A stretch of 62,483 nucleotides of DNA, from the NCBI GenBank assembly GCA_019323525.1, contig JAHWHD010000066.1:1-62483 (forward strand). The letters are read 5' to 3'. Positions 62,374 through 62,483 of this stretch are shown here, piece by piece; positions within the stretch are counted from its first letter, which is position 1; every line of letters starts with the position of its first letter. The notes under the pieces are model-generated. The model ran no database searches, was not told the DNA's origin, and saw only the letters and a list, made by a program, of their open reading frames with translations. This stretch comes from Candidatus Woesearchaeota archaeon. GTDB taxonomy: Archaea > Nanobdellota > Nanobdellia > Woesearchaeales > JAHWHD01. The translations under genes were made by a program, and so were the position numbers.

Positions 62374-62483
62374 AAAACTAGTATTGATTGGAACTGCGTC
62401 AGTAAAACAAAGCATTAAACTTATGGACGATGCAGGCGAAGGACTCCTAATAATACTAGACGAATCACACCGCATCAAAGGCC
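62357..62483 (+). CDS. partial CDS (N-terminus), possibly CBS-domain/nucleotidyltransferase protein
   Basis: The ATG at 62357 gives MKTEIEKLVLIGTASVKQSIKLMDDAGEGLLIILDESHRIKG..., which resembles the start of a CBS-pair. The frame is open to the window edge and overlaps the neuA end by 17 nt. Confidence 0.4.
   Translation, partial: MKTEIEKLVLIGTASVKQSIKLMDDAGEGLLIILDESHRIKG

Overview
This 62.5-kb window is a low-GC archaeal fragment, roughly 31-35% G+C in housekeeping genes by hand counts of 100-nt samples. The archaeal assignment rests on several features:
- an AglB/STT3 oligosaccharyltransferase with a WWDYG motif;
- a four-subunit pyruvate:ferredoxin oxidoreductase in porGDAB order;
- a split ADP-forming acetyl-CoA synthetase;
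- class III (prepilin-type) signal peptides;
- cTTTAAATA BRE/TATA-type promoters;
- a tRNA-Trp with two introns.

The gene content and compact organisation suggest an uncultivated small-genome lineage such as DPANN. That lineage call is inference only.

Layout from left to right:
1. 1-3.8 kb: an operon of four pilin-like genes followed by a 610-aa Gly/Cys-rich tail-fibre-like secreted protein.
2. 3.9-21.1 kb: core metabolism. It holds RtcA, ThrC, ACD alpha and beta, POR, two aminotransferases, an aldehyde dehydrogenase, an M42 peptidase and an amino-acid permease. An acidic repeat protein and a membrane-tethered wHTH regulator are interspersed.
3. 21.15-21.32 kb: tRNA-Trp(CCA) with a canonical 76-nt intron and a 21-nt T-loop intron.
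4. 21.4-32.9 kb: an island of orphan membrane, secreted and surface proteins that I cannot assign to any family.
5. 32.9-62.5 kb: a roughly 28-kb protein-glycosylation supercluster. It holds a geranylgeranyl reductase, AglB, three further GT-C enzymes, four GT2s, split Alg13/Alg14, a flippase, four SAM methyltransferases plus an unannotated Trm112-like ORF, an AsnB-type amidotransferase and UDP-xylose synthase. It ends in a legionaminic/pseudaminic-acid-type nonulosonic acid pathway.

The least explained signals are:
- two about 110-nt intergenic elements (9112-9224 and 33989-34098) with different but perfectly complementary 12-13-nt arms and shared internal blocks, a candidate new structured RNA/DNA element family;
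- the orphan island next to the tRNA;
- a 22-nt exact direct repeat bracketing one methyltransferase gene;
- a repeated GGAACAAT-type motif around a small ORF.

All family assignments are from motif recognition by eye. No searches were run.
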